A DNA stretch of 64,000 nt from the human T2T-CHM13v2.0 reference genome, Homo sapiens. The first letter of the stretch is position 1; every line of letters begins with the position of its first letter. This document shows positions 46,996 to 64,000 of this stretch, piece after piece. The stretch lies in NCBI RefSeq assembly GCF_009914755.1, contig NC_060944.1, one strand, 5' to 3'. The notes beneath the pieces were generated by a model. That model saw nothing but the letters and a program-made list of their open reading frames with translations. It ran no database searches and was not told the DNA's origin. Position numbers and translations under genes: made by a program.

Positions 46996-47335
46996 TGATC
47001 CACCCGCCTCGGCCTCCCAAAGTGCTGGGATTACAGGCGTGAGCCACCAAGCCCAGCCCTGCTTGTCACTCTTGAGGAGTGGGCCCACATCAGAACAGCT
47101 TTTGGACCTATGGGTGGGGCGGGGGTTGTACCCAAGAGCACCCAAGCCTCTTTAATCATGAGGAGAACCCCCAATTCCTTTTTTTTTGAGACAGAGTCTT
47201 GCTCAGTCGCCCAGGCTGGAGTGCAGTGGCATGACTTCGGCTCACCACAACCTCTGCCTCCCGGGTTCAAGTGGTTCTCCTTCCTCAGCCTCCCTATAGT
47301 CCCTGATTCCTTCTATTTTTTTTTTTTTTTTTTGA

Positions 47336-47837
<502 letters not shown>

Positions 47838-47955
47838 TGAACTCCTGACCTCCTAATCCACCTGCCTTGGCCTCCCCAAATCCTGGGATTACAGGCATGA
47901 GCCATCGTGCCCAGCCCCTGATTCCTTCTTTTTTTTTCTTTCTTTTTTTTTTTAG

Positions 47956-48171
<216 letters not shown>

Positions 48172-48218
48172 TGATCTGCCTGCCTTGGCCTCCCAAAGTG
48201 CTGAGATTACAGGCATGA

Positions 48219-48467
<249 letters not shown>

Positions 48468-48622
48468 TGAGCCACCACTTTTGTGTTCCTATCTGCCCAC
48501 TTCTGCCCATTGAGCCTTCCAGAAACCCTCTCCCGTCCCCTATAAATCACGCCTAATCTCTGCTCAGAACCCTAGGGCTTCCTCAGTGGGGATCTGCCCC
48601 AGACCAGCTTCCAGGCTGCTGA

Positions 48623-48931
<309 letters not shown>

Positions 48932-49118
48932 TGATCTGCCCACCTTTGCCTCCCAAAGTGCTGGGATTACAGGCGTGAGCCACCGCACCTGGCAATGCTG
49001 TGTGTTTTCTGTGAGGTAGACGTAAGGACACCTGTGGACAGAGGGTCTGGGAATTACCAGAACCCAGGCAAGGGCTCCCCTGGCTCCTGTGCTCCATGGT
49101 GTGGGCTGAGGCCTATAG

Positions 49119-49463
<345 letters not shown>

Positions 49464-49506
49464 TAAAGGGAGTTCAACCCAGGAAGCAAACCAGTTCCTT
49501 AGTGGG

Positions 49507-49990
49507 TGTATCAGTTAGCATTTGCTGTGTAACAAATAGTCCACTCCAGTTTTCCAAATTTTTTTTTTTAGTAGCTTAAAATACAGCCATTTATTTAGCA
49601 TATGATCCTGTGGGTCAGGCATTTGGGCTACCTACATGGGCATTTCTTCTGGTCTTGGCTGAATTTCCTCTCAAGTACTCACCGGTATATACGTAAGTTC
49701 TGCCTCTGGCTGTTTGCTGAGCACCTTGGTTCTCTTCTATGTAGTCTCTCATCCTCCAGCACACAAACCCATCATGGCAGCTGGGCAGAGTTCTCAGAGA
49801 GGGCTCAAAACTGGCACAGTGTCCCCTGTGCTCCATTCTGTGGGCAAAAGCAAGTTATAAGGCCAGCCTAGATTCAAGGAGTAGGGAAATAGACTCCCTC
49901 CCTAGACGGGAGGACTGACAGGCACAGTGCAGTGGGGCTGGGTGGAGATGAGCGAGATAAGTAGGGCCATTTTTGCGCTCTGCCAAAGGG
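49507..49990. mobile_element. MLT1-type MaLR LTR remnant in MAVS intron 5
   Basis: tgtatcagttagcatttgctgtgtaacaaa...caagttataaggccagcctagattcaagg...gaaatagactcc pattern. Confidence 0.6.
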
Positions 49991-50961
49991 ACTGTAGGGA
50001 ACAGCCAGGGCCTATAGGGCAGTGGGAGAGGGACAGTGAAGGGCTGCATCAGCTGTTGGCAGGGGAACCTTTAGGCACTGTCTTACCGCAGAGATCTCCA
50101 GTTCCCAGTGAATCATGAAAACTTCTCAGTCCCCAGAGGAAGTAAGGTCTTCATCATCCAGTGGCCTGGACTCAACTCCAGATGTCAGTGCTCCCCCTCA
50201 GAAATATATAGTTGTCCATCTGGACCTCTCAGGCCAGCATGTCTCTTTCCTACTTCCCAAACTATTCCACATGACGCTGGTGCCCAGTCAGCCCTCAGTG
50301 CCCTGGGACAGCCACAAGACACATGAGCAGTTAGAGGCTGGGAGACGTCATCTTAGTACTTTTGTCATCCCCAAACTGCTCCAAGCACCTGTCTGCTTTG
50401 CAGTGTCACCTGGCCACGGGATGCCTTTCAGGAGTTGCTGTAGACCACAGAGGCAGAGGGCGCTTAGGTTTCAGTACGTTTGTAGACACAGGTCCCATGA
50501 GATTCTGTGGTATTAGATTGTGGTGGGGGAGCTGTACATCAGAATCACCCTGACTTTTGCCAGCTGTGGGGCTTGGCATGTGCATTCCGAGTTCCGTGGA
50601 GAGTCCTGCTGCAACTGCCTTTACAGACCATCACCACCTGCTATCCTCTGCTTCCCCCACCCAGATCAGGCAGCCTCCCAGGGGTGGCTTTGTCCTTGTC
50701 CCCTCTCTTCCCAAGCCTCCGGGATGGCCAGGCCTCTCGGCTGGTGTGAGCTGTTCTGCATGAGCCATCCTGCCACCCCTTGCCCTGATCCATGGCTGCT
50801 CCCACTCATGGTGGTAGGAGAGGGACAGCAGTGGGGGAAGTGTCCAGGATTGCATGAGGCTAAGGTCAAAGTAGAAAAGGTAGACACAGGAGAGGGGAGG
50901 TTTCCCAGGTGGGAGAGGAAAAAGCGGAGAGAATAATTAATAATGGTCTTCAGGCTCCTAG

Positions 50962-51945
<984 letters not shown>

Positions 51946-52539
51946 TAAGTCTGGACACCTCAGGAGGGTCAGCCACAGGGGGCACCCACTGGTCAGGTGT
52001 ATAAGTTCATTTAGGGCTCGTAGTTCCTAGTGAAGCCGAGCGGTGCCGTTTTGCACATAAGGAAGCAGTGACGGGGACAGCACAGTGGCCCATCTGCCTC
52101 TTGCCTTGCTCTTCACCAGGATGCCTGGTGTGTCCCTCCATGGCCAGGCTTTACAGAACGCAGTCCCACCTGGAGCAGCCACTCGGACCCAGCAGCCCCC
52201 CATTGTTGCCTGCTCCAAGCCTCACATCTAACCCTAGCTGCGGCTGTCTGCTGGGAAGAGCCAAGTCCATAGGGCCCTTTGGGCACATGGCCAGGCCTCT
52301 GACCCTGTGGCTGCTCTCTAGTTCTCAGGCCCAGGCAGGATGTCAGTGCAGGATGGAGCCCCGCCCTACCAAAGGCTTCCAGGTGGGCATGAGCTCACAG
52401 GCAGGCCAGGGAGTAGGGAAAGGCTGCCCTGGAGGAGGCCACCATTGGTGCAGATTCTTGGTCCCCTCTACCCCCACTGCTCCAAGAAAAGGTGGCCTAG
52501 GGGCATTATAGATTGGGAATTGAGGGGTTGGAGTGTTAG

Positions 52540-53094
<555 letters not shown>

Positions 53095-54280
53095 TGAAGC
53101 CCTGGGCTCTTCCCACCACCCATCTGTTCCGTTCCTGCAGTACACCTGGCCCCTCTCCGAAGCCCCTTGTCCCTTTCTTGGGGATTGTGGAGGCTGGGTC
53201 AGAGGGGAGTTAAGGGACTGCAGGCCTGGCAGCAGGACATGCCTTGGCTGAACCAAGTCCTGAGAGCAGCATCTCTGTCCCCACGGTGCCTTGTGTGGGT
53301 CCCCGTCCTTGGCTTTCTGGGTCCTGGGCTGCCCCCAGTGCTCCAGACCTTCCCCACTGGCAATCCAGGTTATCATCCATGTCCTCCAGAGGAGCTTCCT
53401 CCTCCAGGCCTCAGCCCTGTTGGCCCAGGTGGAGCAGGAGGGACCACTGGAACATGTGGTGCTTGGGAATGCCTCTCCTGTTGCATTGGTCCCTGAAGGC
53501 CTCAGGGCAGGTATGTGGTGTGTGGGCGACTCCACAAGACCTGCCTCCCATCCTGGCAGCCCAGCCTGAGACCGTTGCATTGAGGCAGGCAGGAGCGGCA
53601 GGGTGGCTGCTCTCCAGGAGCCCAACTGCCTTGAGTTCCTGCCCCACTGGGCCCCCTCCCCTGCTGGGCAATCCTGGGAAGGTCTGGAGGTTCCTGTGGA
53701 CCTCAGGGAAGCCAGGGGCAGCTGTCAGGCCTGAGGAAGACCTGTGGAGCTCCTCTCCAGCCTCCTCTTTCCCTCCCCTCTGGTCTCCATTCTCTTCAGC
53801 TCCCTACATGGGCTGGGGAGGAGACACCTGGTGGGCAGAGCTCAGGCAGAGGTTTGGATTTCAGCTCCCTCACTTCCGGGGCTGTGTGGCTTTGGCAGAT
53901 GTCAGACTTCTGGTCTTGCTTCTCCACGTGGACAGTGAGTATCTGGCTCATTCTTCACTGGGTTCTTCTGAGATTGAACCTACAGGTGTTTGCCAAGTGC
54001 CTGGCCCAGAGCAAGTGGCCACTGCTTCTCCCATCTCTCTCCTGCCCAACCTGGTAGAGCTGAGGGCATGAGAGGCAGAGTGCACAGTGGTCAAGGGTGC
54101 AGCTCTGCAGCACAGGCAGCCTAGGCCTGCGTCCCAACCTGCCTCTCACCAGCTCTGTGACCTTGGGCAAGGGATTTATCTGTCTGTCCCTTAGTTTTCT
54201 CACCTGTAAAAGGAGGATAAGTATATATATATATTTCCCAGTGTTGTGAAGATTAAAGGAGTTTATCGATGTAGGTCTTA

Positions 54281-54586
<306 letters not shown>

Positions 54587-56111
54587 TTAGAGGCAGACTC
54601 AGACCCTCCTGCCTCACAGCTTTATCTTTGTATTTGCCCCTTACTTTATCTTGTGCCTTGAGAAATTGCTGGGGAGAGAGGTATGTCCACTGGGCAGCTG
54701 TACAGGATGGAGGATCTAGGGCGTTTCCACTCCCAGCAGCCAGGTTCCCTCACCCCAAGCTCACCCACTGTTGGGGAGATTATCTACAATAACACCAGAA
54801 ACACATTGGGGTGGATTGGGGGTATCCTTATGGGTTCTTTTCAGGGAACCATTGCTGGACAAGGCACAGGAGCCACCTCCATTTCTGAGCTCTGCAAGGG
54901 ACAAGAACTAGAGCCATCAGGGGCTGGGCTCACTGTGGCCCCACCCCAAGCCGTCAGCCTCCAGGGATCTACACCCTGCCTTGGCTGCTACAGCTTTTTC
55001 ACTCCACTGCCCTAGGGGAGTTCAGCAACCTAATGATCTCTATCTCTGAACATCTCTTCATCCCATGCTCCAAGTCCAGCAACCTGCACCCTGGAACCAG
55101 GAGTGGACCCTACCCGAGCTGTCTGTATTAATCCCCATCCCCCACCACCAATCTTAAAAAGCCCTCTGTCCCCCTACCCTAAACCCCAGTTAGGTACCCA
55201 TGCTGGGCAGGTCAGTTAACAATTTATGCACAGGTACTAGTTTTATTGTATTACCGTTCCAGGGTAGCTTTGAAAAAAGTATCTCAAAAAGGCAACATGG
55301 GCCGAGCGCAGTGGCTCACGCCTGTAATCCCAGCACTTTGGGAGGCCAAGGTGGGCAGATCGCCTGAGGTCTGGAGTTCAAGACCAGCCTGGCCAACAGG
55401 GTGAAACCCCGTCTCTACAAAAATAAGAAAATTAGCCAGGTGTAGTGGCAGACGTCTGTAATCCCAGCTATTCAGGAGGCTGAGGCACGAGAATTCCATG
55501 AACCCAGGATGCGGAGGTTGCAGTGAGCCGAGATTGTGCCACTGCGCTCCAGCCTGGGCGACAGAGTGGTATTCTGTTTCAAAAAAAAAAAAAAAAGGCA
55601 GTATGTAGCCCCGAAGACTGTTGCCCAAGTGGTAGAATGTTAGCACACTACCAGCCTAGGTAAAAAATACAAAAAGTAACTGGGCATGGCGGCGCCCATC
55701 TATAGTCCCAGCTACATGGGAGGCTGAGGTGGGAAGATAAGTCACTTGAGCCCGCCAGGAGGCGGAGGTTGTAGTGAGCTGAGATCGCACCACTGCACTC
55801 CAGCCTGGGTGACCGAGTGATACTCTGTCTCAAAGAAAAAAAATTATAATTTTAGCACAGTAACCAGCCATGATGGGAGATACCCTGGGTAAGGCATGTA
55901 GAAAGGGTTGAGGGACCTTCCCAGTCCCCTAGCCCCGCCTCCCATCCTCCCATCTTTTTCTTTTTTCTTTTTTTTAGAGAATCACCCAGCCTGGAGCGAA
56001 GTGGTGCAATCATAACTCACTGTATCCTTAAACTCCCGGGCTTAAGCGATCCTCCTGCCTCAGCCTTCTGAGTAACTAGGACTTCAGGTACCTGTCACCA
56101 TGCCTGGCTAA

Positions 56112-56357
<246 letters not shown>

Positions 56358-56574
56358 TGATCCGCCCGCCTCGGCCTCCCAAAGTGCTGGGATTACAGGC
56401 GTGAGCCACCGCGCCCAGCCAAATTAAATTTTTTATAGAGATGAGGTCATGCTGTTATGTTGCCCAGGTTGGCCTCATGAGATCTTGCCTTAGCCTCCCA
56501 AAGTGCTGGGATTACAGATGTGAGACACTGCACCCAAACCCCACCACTTTTTTTTTTCCTTTTTCTTTTTTTGA

Positions 56575-56832
<258 letters not shown>

Positions 56833-57422
56833 TGAGCCACTGCGCCTGGCTGATCCCAGCACTTTTCAAATGATGCCGCTCAAAGCCGTGACTTGGCCTA
56901 CTTTGAACAGCAAACTTGTTGCTGCTGTTGTCAACCTGAAGGCCTCTCAAATGCCAGCTTCAAGCAGGGTGTGAATTGGCCAGTGTCAGATCTCAGGAGT
57001 CCTCTGTTGAGAGTGTGGCTTTCAGCTGCGGGGAGCTGCACTTGGTGGGGAAAGCCAGGCAGGTCACCCTCACAGCCAGATAATGTGGAGGTCAGAACCC
57101 AAGGAAGGGAGTGAGACCTCCACTCCCAGTGGGGGACCTGGCCACCCATCCTTGGGGACCTGAGAAAGCGTACTTCACCTTGGGGTGAAGGCTGGGTGGG
57201 GCCAGAGGGACCAGTGCCCTCCTCAGTGCTTAGGGGCAGAGCCACCTGCAGCAATGGTATCTGCATATTAGCCCCTCTCCACCTTCTTTCTCCCGCTGAA
57301 TCATTTCCCTCAAAGCCCAAGAGCTGTCACTGCTTCTTTCTCCCTGGGAAGAATGCGTGGACTCTGCCTGGTGATAGACTGAAGCCAGAACAGTGCCACA
57401 CCCTCGCCTTAATTCCTTGCTA

Positions 57423-57647
<225 letters not shown>

Positions 57648-57757
57648 CTATTAATAGCTTCCTTTGAGCAACATTATTTATTATGAACTTTCAAACACAA
57701 AAAAGTAGAGAGAGTAGAATAACAAATCCCCATGAGCCCATCACCCAACTTCAGTAA

Positions 57758-58147
<390 letters not shown>

Positions 58148-60099
58148 TGAAGGGTTGAGAAAGCCAAGGGGCAGATGCGGGTCTGGAGGATTTTGTGCCT
58201 AAGGCCCTCTCTTTGCTCCCAGACAGCATGAAGTAACAATGAGGCATCCACCTCTTGGTTTTGTGGCCTCTGTGGATGACGTCTCTCACCTTGAACCAGT
58301 TCAGAGTTGGAGTAGCGCAGGATCCTGTCTTCAGAGGAGGGGCCGAAGCGGGTTCCTCTGTTGTCAAGCTCTTTGGAGGTGCCTGGCTGCTACTACTGTC
58401 CCAGAGAGGTGATGATGAATGATGGGTGTGTCCAGTGGCAGTTTGCCCCACTGAGGCAGGGGCTTCCACTAGGCCCTGACAGAGCCCTTCCAGCAGGCAG
58501 AAATCCCTGTGCTAGGCAAGATTCAAACTCCGTAGCATGTCTCCTGCTCCCATCTCTTAGGAATGGAGTCCTTCAGGCCTTGAGTCCCACATTTTCCATG
58601 ATGCTCCATTAAGCAGCTGATAGCACCCCCACCTCCAGGGAAAGTGAGTTCAGAGTCCTTGGTCTAATGCATCTGTGTTGAAATTGAGGCCTTCCCCTGT
58701 GTTCACCTTTCTGCTCTTTTTCTTTTAGCCCAAGGCTATGAAGGCCTCATTCGGTGCTGGGCATGGTCACTCCTAGCATTCCTCACTCTGTTGCTAACAG
58801 CAACAGCAATAATAATAAGGGTTACAACTTACTCCATACCTTACTGTCTGCCAGGCATTAAGCTAAGTGCTTTACATATATTAAGTCATTTAATCCTCAT
58901 AATGACCCTATGAAAGAGATACCATCTCAACCCAATTGACAGCTGGTTTGCAAGATTAGGAGGGATGAAGGACCCAGGGGACAATGCGAGGGAAAACTCT
59001 GACCCCGGGGCCCCAGGCTGGATGTTCTTTATGCCTGTGAACCACAGCTTATCACATGTCTGGAGTTAGGGACCCCACTTAAAGTGAGATTTTGGCTGGA
59101 GGTGGTGGATCATACCTATAATCCCAGCACTTTGGGAGACCAAGGCAGAAGGACTGCTTGAGGCCAGGAGTTCAAAACCAGTGTAGGTAACAGCTAGACC
59201 CTATCTCTACAAAAAATTTAAAAATTAGCTGGGTGTGGTGGTATGTGCCTCAAGTTCCAGCTACTCAGGAGGCTGAGGTGGGAGGATCACTTGAGCACAG
59301 GAGTTTGAAGTTACAGTGAGCTATGATGGCACCACTGCACTTCAGCCTAGGCAACAGAGGGAGACCCTGTCTTTAAAGTACGTAGAGGTTTTTCACACCA
59401 ACACATCTCTGCCCAGTGTGCCAACATCTGCCACCTGCTATAATAGTACTATAACACTCAATATGTAATTAATGTAGTCTCAGGGATGTTATGACAATAT
59501 GATTACAACTATCACGTGTGTGCCCAGCCAGGCTCAATGCCCCAGGCTGGGCGAGGTGGGGCAGGGGACACAGCCTAAAATGCCAGGCCTCAGGAAGCCA
59601 TTTGGTTTAGCAGACATTGTTTATTAAAGGAGTTACCTATGCCAGATCGAAGGCCTAAGATGATTAAGACACTATGAGTGCCTTCAAGTGGTTGGGGACG
59701 TTCATGATTGTGGTACAGACAAATAGGCTTTCACATCATTCTTTTATGTAATCATACAACAGATATTTGCACCTACATGTGCAGAGCACTGTGATAGGCC
59801 TCAGTGACACAGAATAATACGGCAAAGACCCCACCCGATGAGCCCCCTCCCACCACCCACCAGTACAGTAGGGGGTGGTTTAATGGAGTGTTCCTGGAAT
59901 ATGAAGTGGGGGCAGGCATTAGGGGTGGCAAAGGGACAAGTGTTTATCTGATCAGTTATGTACTGTTTATAATAAGTAAATCAGCAGAGGGGGAATAATA
60001 CTTAGAACCTATAGAGAGTAAATCTGACAAGATGAAATGCTGATGAAAATATGGAGGAAATGAAACTCTCATGGGTTTTGCAGGGAATCTAAGTCAGTG

Positions 60100-60765
<666 letters not shown>

Positions 60766-60769
60766 TGGT

Positions 60770-61300
60770 GTGACCCTGTTGGAAAACTGGCAGTATCTAC
60801 CAAAAGCCGAACATACGTATAAACTGATCCAGCAGTTCCACTCCTGGGTATGTACACCACAGAAAGCTATGTCCACCGAGACATTGGCAAGAATGTTTCT
60901 AACCACACGCTGACTGTAGCCCCAAACCTGAAACAACCCAAATGTCCATCCACCAACCCAAATGTCCATCCACAGTTGAAGCTACAGTGAAGTCACAGGG
61001 TCGAATACTACTGCACAGCAACGAATATGAATGAAAATATCGCTATGCACAGCAACATGGATAAATTTCACAGACATGAGGTCAAGCAAAAGAGGTCAGA
61101 GTCCTCATCATCAAGAGAGAATTCATTGTATGATTCTCTTCCTACAAAAAGTACAGAAATAAGCAAAACTGATCCATGGTGTTAGAAGCCAGGGGAACAG
61201 TTAACAGGGGAGGGATACTGGGGAGGGGCATCCTGGAGTGCTGGTCTACCTCATCTGGGTGTTGATTTCACGAGTATTGTCAGTTTGTTTCCAGACTCCC
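60770..61300 (+). mobile_element. Old L1ME-type 3' fragment with a tandem duplication of caacccaaatgtccatcca at ~60934-60972
   Basis: gatccagcagttccactcctgggtat and aaacaacccaaatgtccatc motifs. Confidence 0.7.
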
Positions 61301-61309
61301 TGTTGGAGA

Positions 61310-61760
61310 TGTGGAAATAAAAACCACCTAAACAAGAGCAGAGAGGCCATTTGGTCAAAGTTTGCAAAGGAGTCAGCCATGATTGCTTGTATTTGGCAGG
61401 GGTCAAAGGCAGGCAGGGACTGTGAAATGTTATAGTGGAAAAAAAGGGAAGGCTCTGGGTGTGCTGTGATTGGAGATTGTTGGCATGGGGACAGAGCGGA
61501 CTAACTGGAGGGGCATCTTTGGTTGGTTGGGGGGGTATATTTGGCTTTCTCTGGTTGGTCTGGAGTTGGAAGAGGGGGTGTGGTGGCTGGGGATTGGGAA
61601 GAAGCTGGCAGCCACTAAGTTCAGACTGTTCTGGGTCCGATTGCTGCTGAGGCTGTGGTTTGGCTTCCTTGGCTTCCCAGGCTGGTTATGGGTTTCTGGC
61701 CAGAGTCTATTGTCATATGTGGCCTGGCCATTGTCCAGTTGTATGTTCAGTCTCTTGGAA
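61310..61760 (-). mobile_element. Probable ERV-class LTR remnant
   Basis: Ends in ...ggcctggccattgtccagttgtatgttcagtctct, which resembles an LTR 5' terminus on the minus strand; family not determined. Confidence 0.4.
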
Positions 61761-63027
61761 GGAAGGGTATTGACTCTGAGAGGGGCCACCATCGCTGGAA
61801 TGGGGGACACACAGTACTTCCTCCAGCTGCCTACACCCCCCTAGGGTCAGTGGCGCCTGCCTGTGAGGGTGAGCCCAATGGCTAGAGGGCTCTGCTCCAA
61901 GTCATTGCTTACTACACCCACAAACATTCTTCGTTCTTTAAGGCCTAACTTAAAGCCCAGATCCTACAGGAAACCTTGATTAGACCCCTCTCTTTATTAA
62001 GCTTCCTAAGATCAAACCCTGCTTTTGTGTAAATGCTGACCTCCTTGCCTACATTTTAAAAACCTAGAGCTGGGCATGATGGCCCCAGCCTGTAATCCCA
62101 GTGATTCAGGAGACTGAGGTGGGAGGATTGCTAGAAGCCAGGAGTTCGAGACCAGCCTGGGTAACATAGCTAGACCACATCTCTTAAAATAAAATAGTTA
62201 ATTTAGCCAGGCATGATGATATATGCCTGTAGTCCCAACTACTTGGAAGGCTGAGGTGTGAGGATCTTTGAGCCCGGGAGGTCGAGGCTACAGTAAGCTA
62301 TGATCTCACCACTGTACTCCAGCCTGGGTGACAGAGCGAGACCCAGACTCAAAAAATAAAAATAAAAACCCTGAATATCTTCCTTCTACTTCTTCAGTGC
62401 TGTTTTTATTTAAAAAAAAAAAAAAACCAGCCAAAACCACAACTTTTTACTGAAGTGTAATGTAAATGCTGTAAAAGGCAGTGAAAGGCACAAGGGAGGT
62501 GGAGGGGTAGGAAGGGTGGAAGTGGCGGGAGGAAGTGGCAGGGCAGGCAAAATGAAGGGAAGCCCTGGGTTCTTGTCCTGCATCCGCAGCCAGCTCCCAC
62601 TTTCCTCACCCTCCAGGACCTGTAAACTGTGAGGCTGGACCAGTTATGTCAAATCTGTCCTCCCCCAGAGCTCAGTCCCTCTGCCCTTGGGTGTCCTTGG
62701 CACAAGGCAGGCTAGGCTGCACCAGCTTCCTCCATCTCCGTCCTGCCTCCCCCATCCCCAGGTGCCATTCCCACACCATCTGAATCACTGATTTCCTCGC
62801 AATCAGACGCTATCTTCCAGTTAATCACTTCGCTTGTATTTAACATAAGAAAGAAAAACCCTTTCATTATCACATACAGCTGGAAATCGGCTTCTTGCAG
62901 GAGGCGTATCCAAAGGAATTGGAGAAGAGATAAACTGGTAATTGGTGAAAGAATTACTTTAATTTTTTTTCCTACTTGCTGTCATGATGATGTCCTTAGA
63001 ATTGTGAGCCCGTGGACACTTCTGTAC

Positions 63028-63033
63028 AATAAA
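63028..63033 (+). terminator. MAVS: MAVS distal polyadenylation signal AATAAA
   Basis: AATAAA in unique sequence, with UGUA immediately upstream (63023-63026) and U-rich upstream tracts. Confidence 0.75.
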
Positions 63034-63297
63034 TCTGCTATTATTACTTCTAGAACTACAGTTATAATGGTCTACAATGGCCAGATGCCTGCTTGTAATG
63101 AGAAGCTACTGCAGTGAAGATCAACAGAGTCAGGGGGCTTGTCTGTGACCTCTCCTCCTTTTCTCTCCTGCCTTCTCCCTGGGGATGGGTGGGTTTCTAC
63201 TTAAAGACAAGCTCCCAGCTCTCAGACAGAGAATGTATGAGAGCAAAACAGAAGTCACAGTCCTTTGGTACTTAATCTTGAAAGTGACATCCCAGCA

Positions 63298-63298
<1 letters not shown>

Positions 63299-63330
<32 letters not shown>

Positions 63331-64000
63331 CAAGGGCATGCTCTATCGCCCAGGTTGGAGTAGAGTGGAGTAGAATGTCTCACTGCAGCCTCAAACTCCT
63401 GGGCTCAAGCAATCCTCCCACCTCAGCCTCCTGAGTTGCTGGGACCAGAGGCACACGCTACCATGCCTGGCTAACTTTCATGATTTTTAGTAGAGATGCG
63501 GTCTCACTGTGTTGCCTATGTTAGTCTCAGACTGCTGGGCTCAAGTGATCCTCCTGGCTCAGCCTCCCAAAGTGCTAGGATTACAGGCAGGAGCCTCTGC
63601 ATCCACTCCCATCACTTCTGTAAATTGCAGTCAAGGGGCAATTTACCCAGAAGTAGGAACCACTGGAAGCACCATTATAGCAGCTGCCTCTTCAGGAGGG
63701 GAATTTGATTCTGTCCTACAAAATGACATATGCATGTGTTTTTTGACCCAGCAATTCCATTTCTAGTAGTCTAAGCCAAAGATAACATTGGCAAAAATAA
63801 AGATATATGTCCAAGGCTAGTCATTATAGCCCACTGTGTAAATAGCAAAAGCCTGGAAATAACTCAGACAATGTCCATCTACAGAACATTGGCAATAAAC
63901 CAAGGTATATCTACATTGGAGTGCTATGCAGCTGTGAATAGAAATGAGTATCTCTATACTGCTATGGAGTGAACTCCATGATGTTTTGCTAAGAGGAAAA
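63299..64000. mobile_element. AluJ(-) at 63299-63600 and L1ME-type fragment(+) at ~63650-64000, downstream of the MAVS PAS
   Basis: Alu consensus; L1 motifs tttgacccagcaattccatttctag and atgtccatc...tatgcagctgtgaa. Confidence 0.75.

Overview
Human (primate) genomic DNA, recognisable from its encoded proteins as the chr20p13 AP5S1-MAVS locus. It carries two + strand genes, each with a CpG-island promoter. AP5S1 (AP-5 sigma subunit) is 200 aa with CDS 9059-9234 + 10812-11238. MAVS (mitochondrial antiviral signalling adaptor) is 540 aa, with a non-coding exon 1 near 33.8 kb, six coding exons from 41569 to 53094, and a ~10 kb repeat-rich 3'UTR ending after AATAAA at 63028. Most of the rest is densely nested Alu, old L1, L2, MIR, LTR and MER3 sequence, and nearly all ORFs in the supplied track are Alu or shadow artefacts. 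I see no evidence of a wholly new gene system. The most interesting signals are hidden layers within MAVS: (i) an intron-3 read-through/intronic-polyadenylation frame that joins the CARD to a second TM-like tail (138 aa); (ii) the uORF/Met142 bicistronic architecture, plus an alternative acceptor that could remove the uAUG; (iii) a 14/9-aa periodic PSK[VL]P array that resembles EB1-binding SxIP motifs; (iv) inverted Alus in the 3'UTR; and (v) an unexplained ~160-bp direct-repeat pair flanking a perfect ARE plus a UPRE/CRE upstream of the promoter. Repeat boundaries and subfamily calls were made by eye and are approximate.
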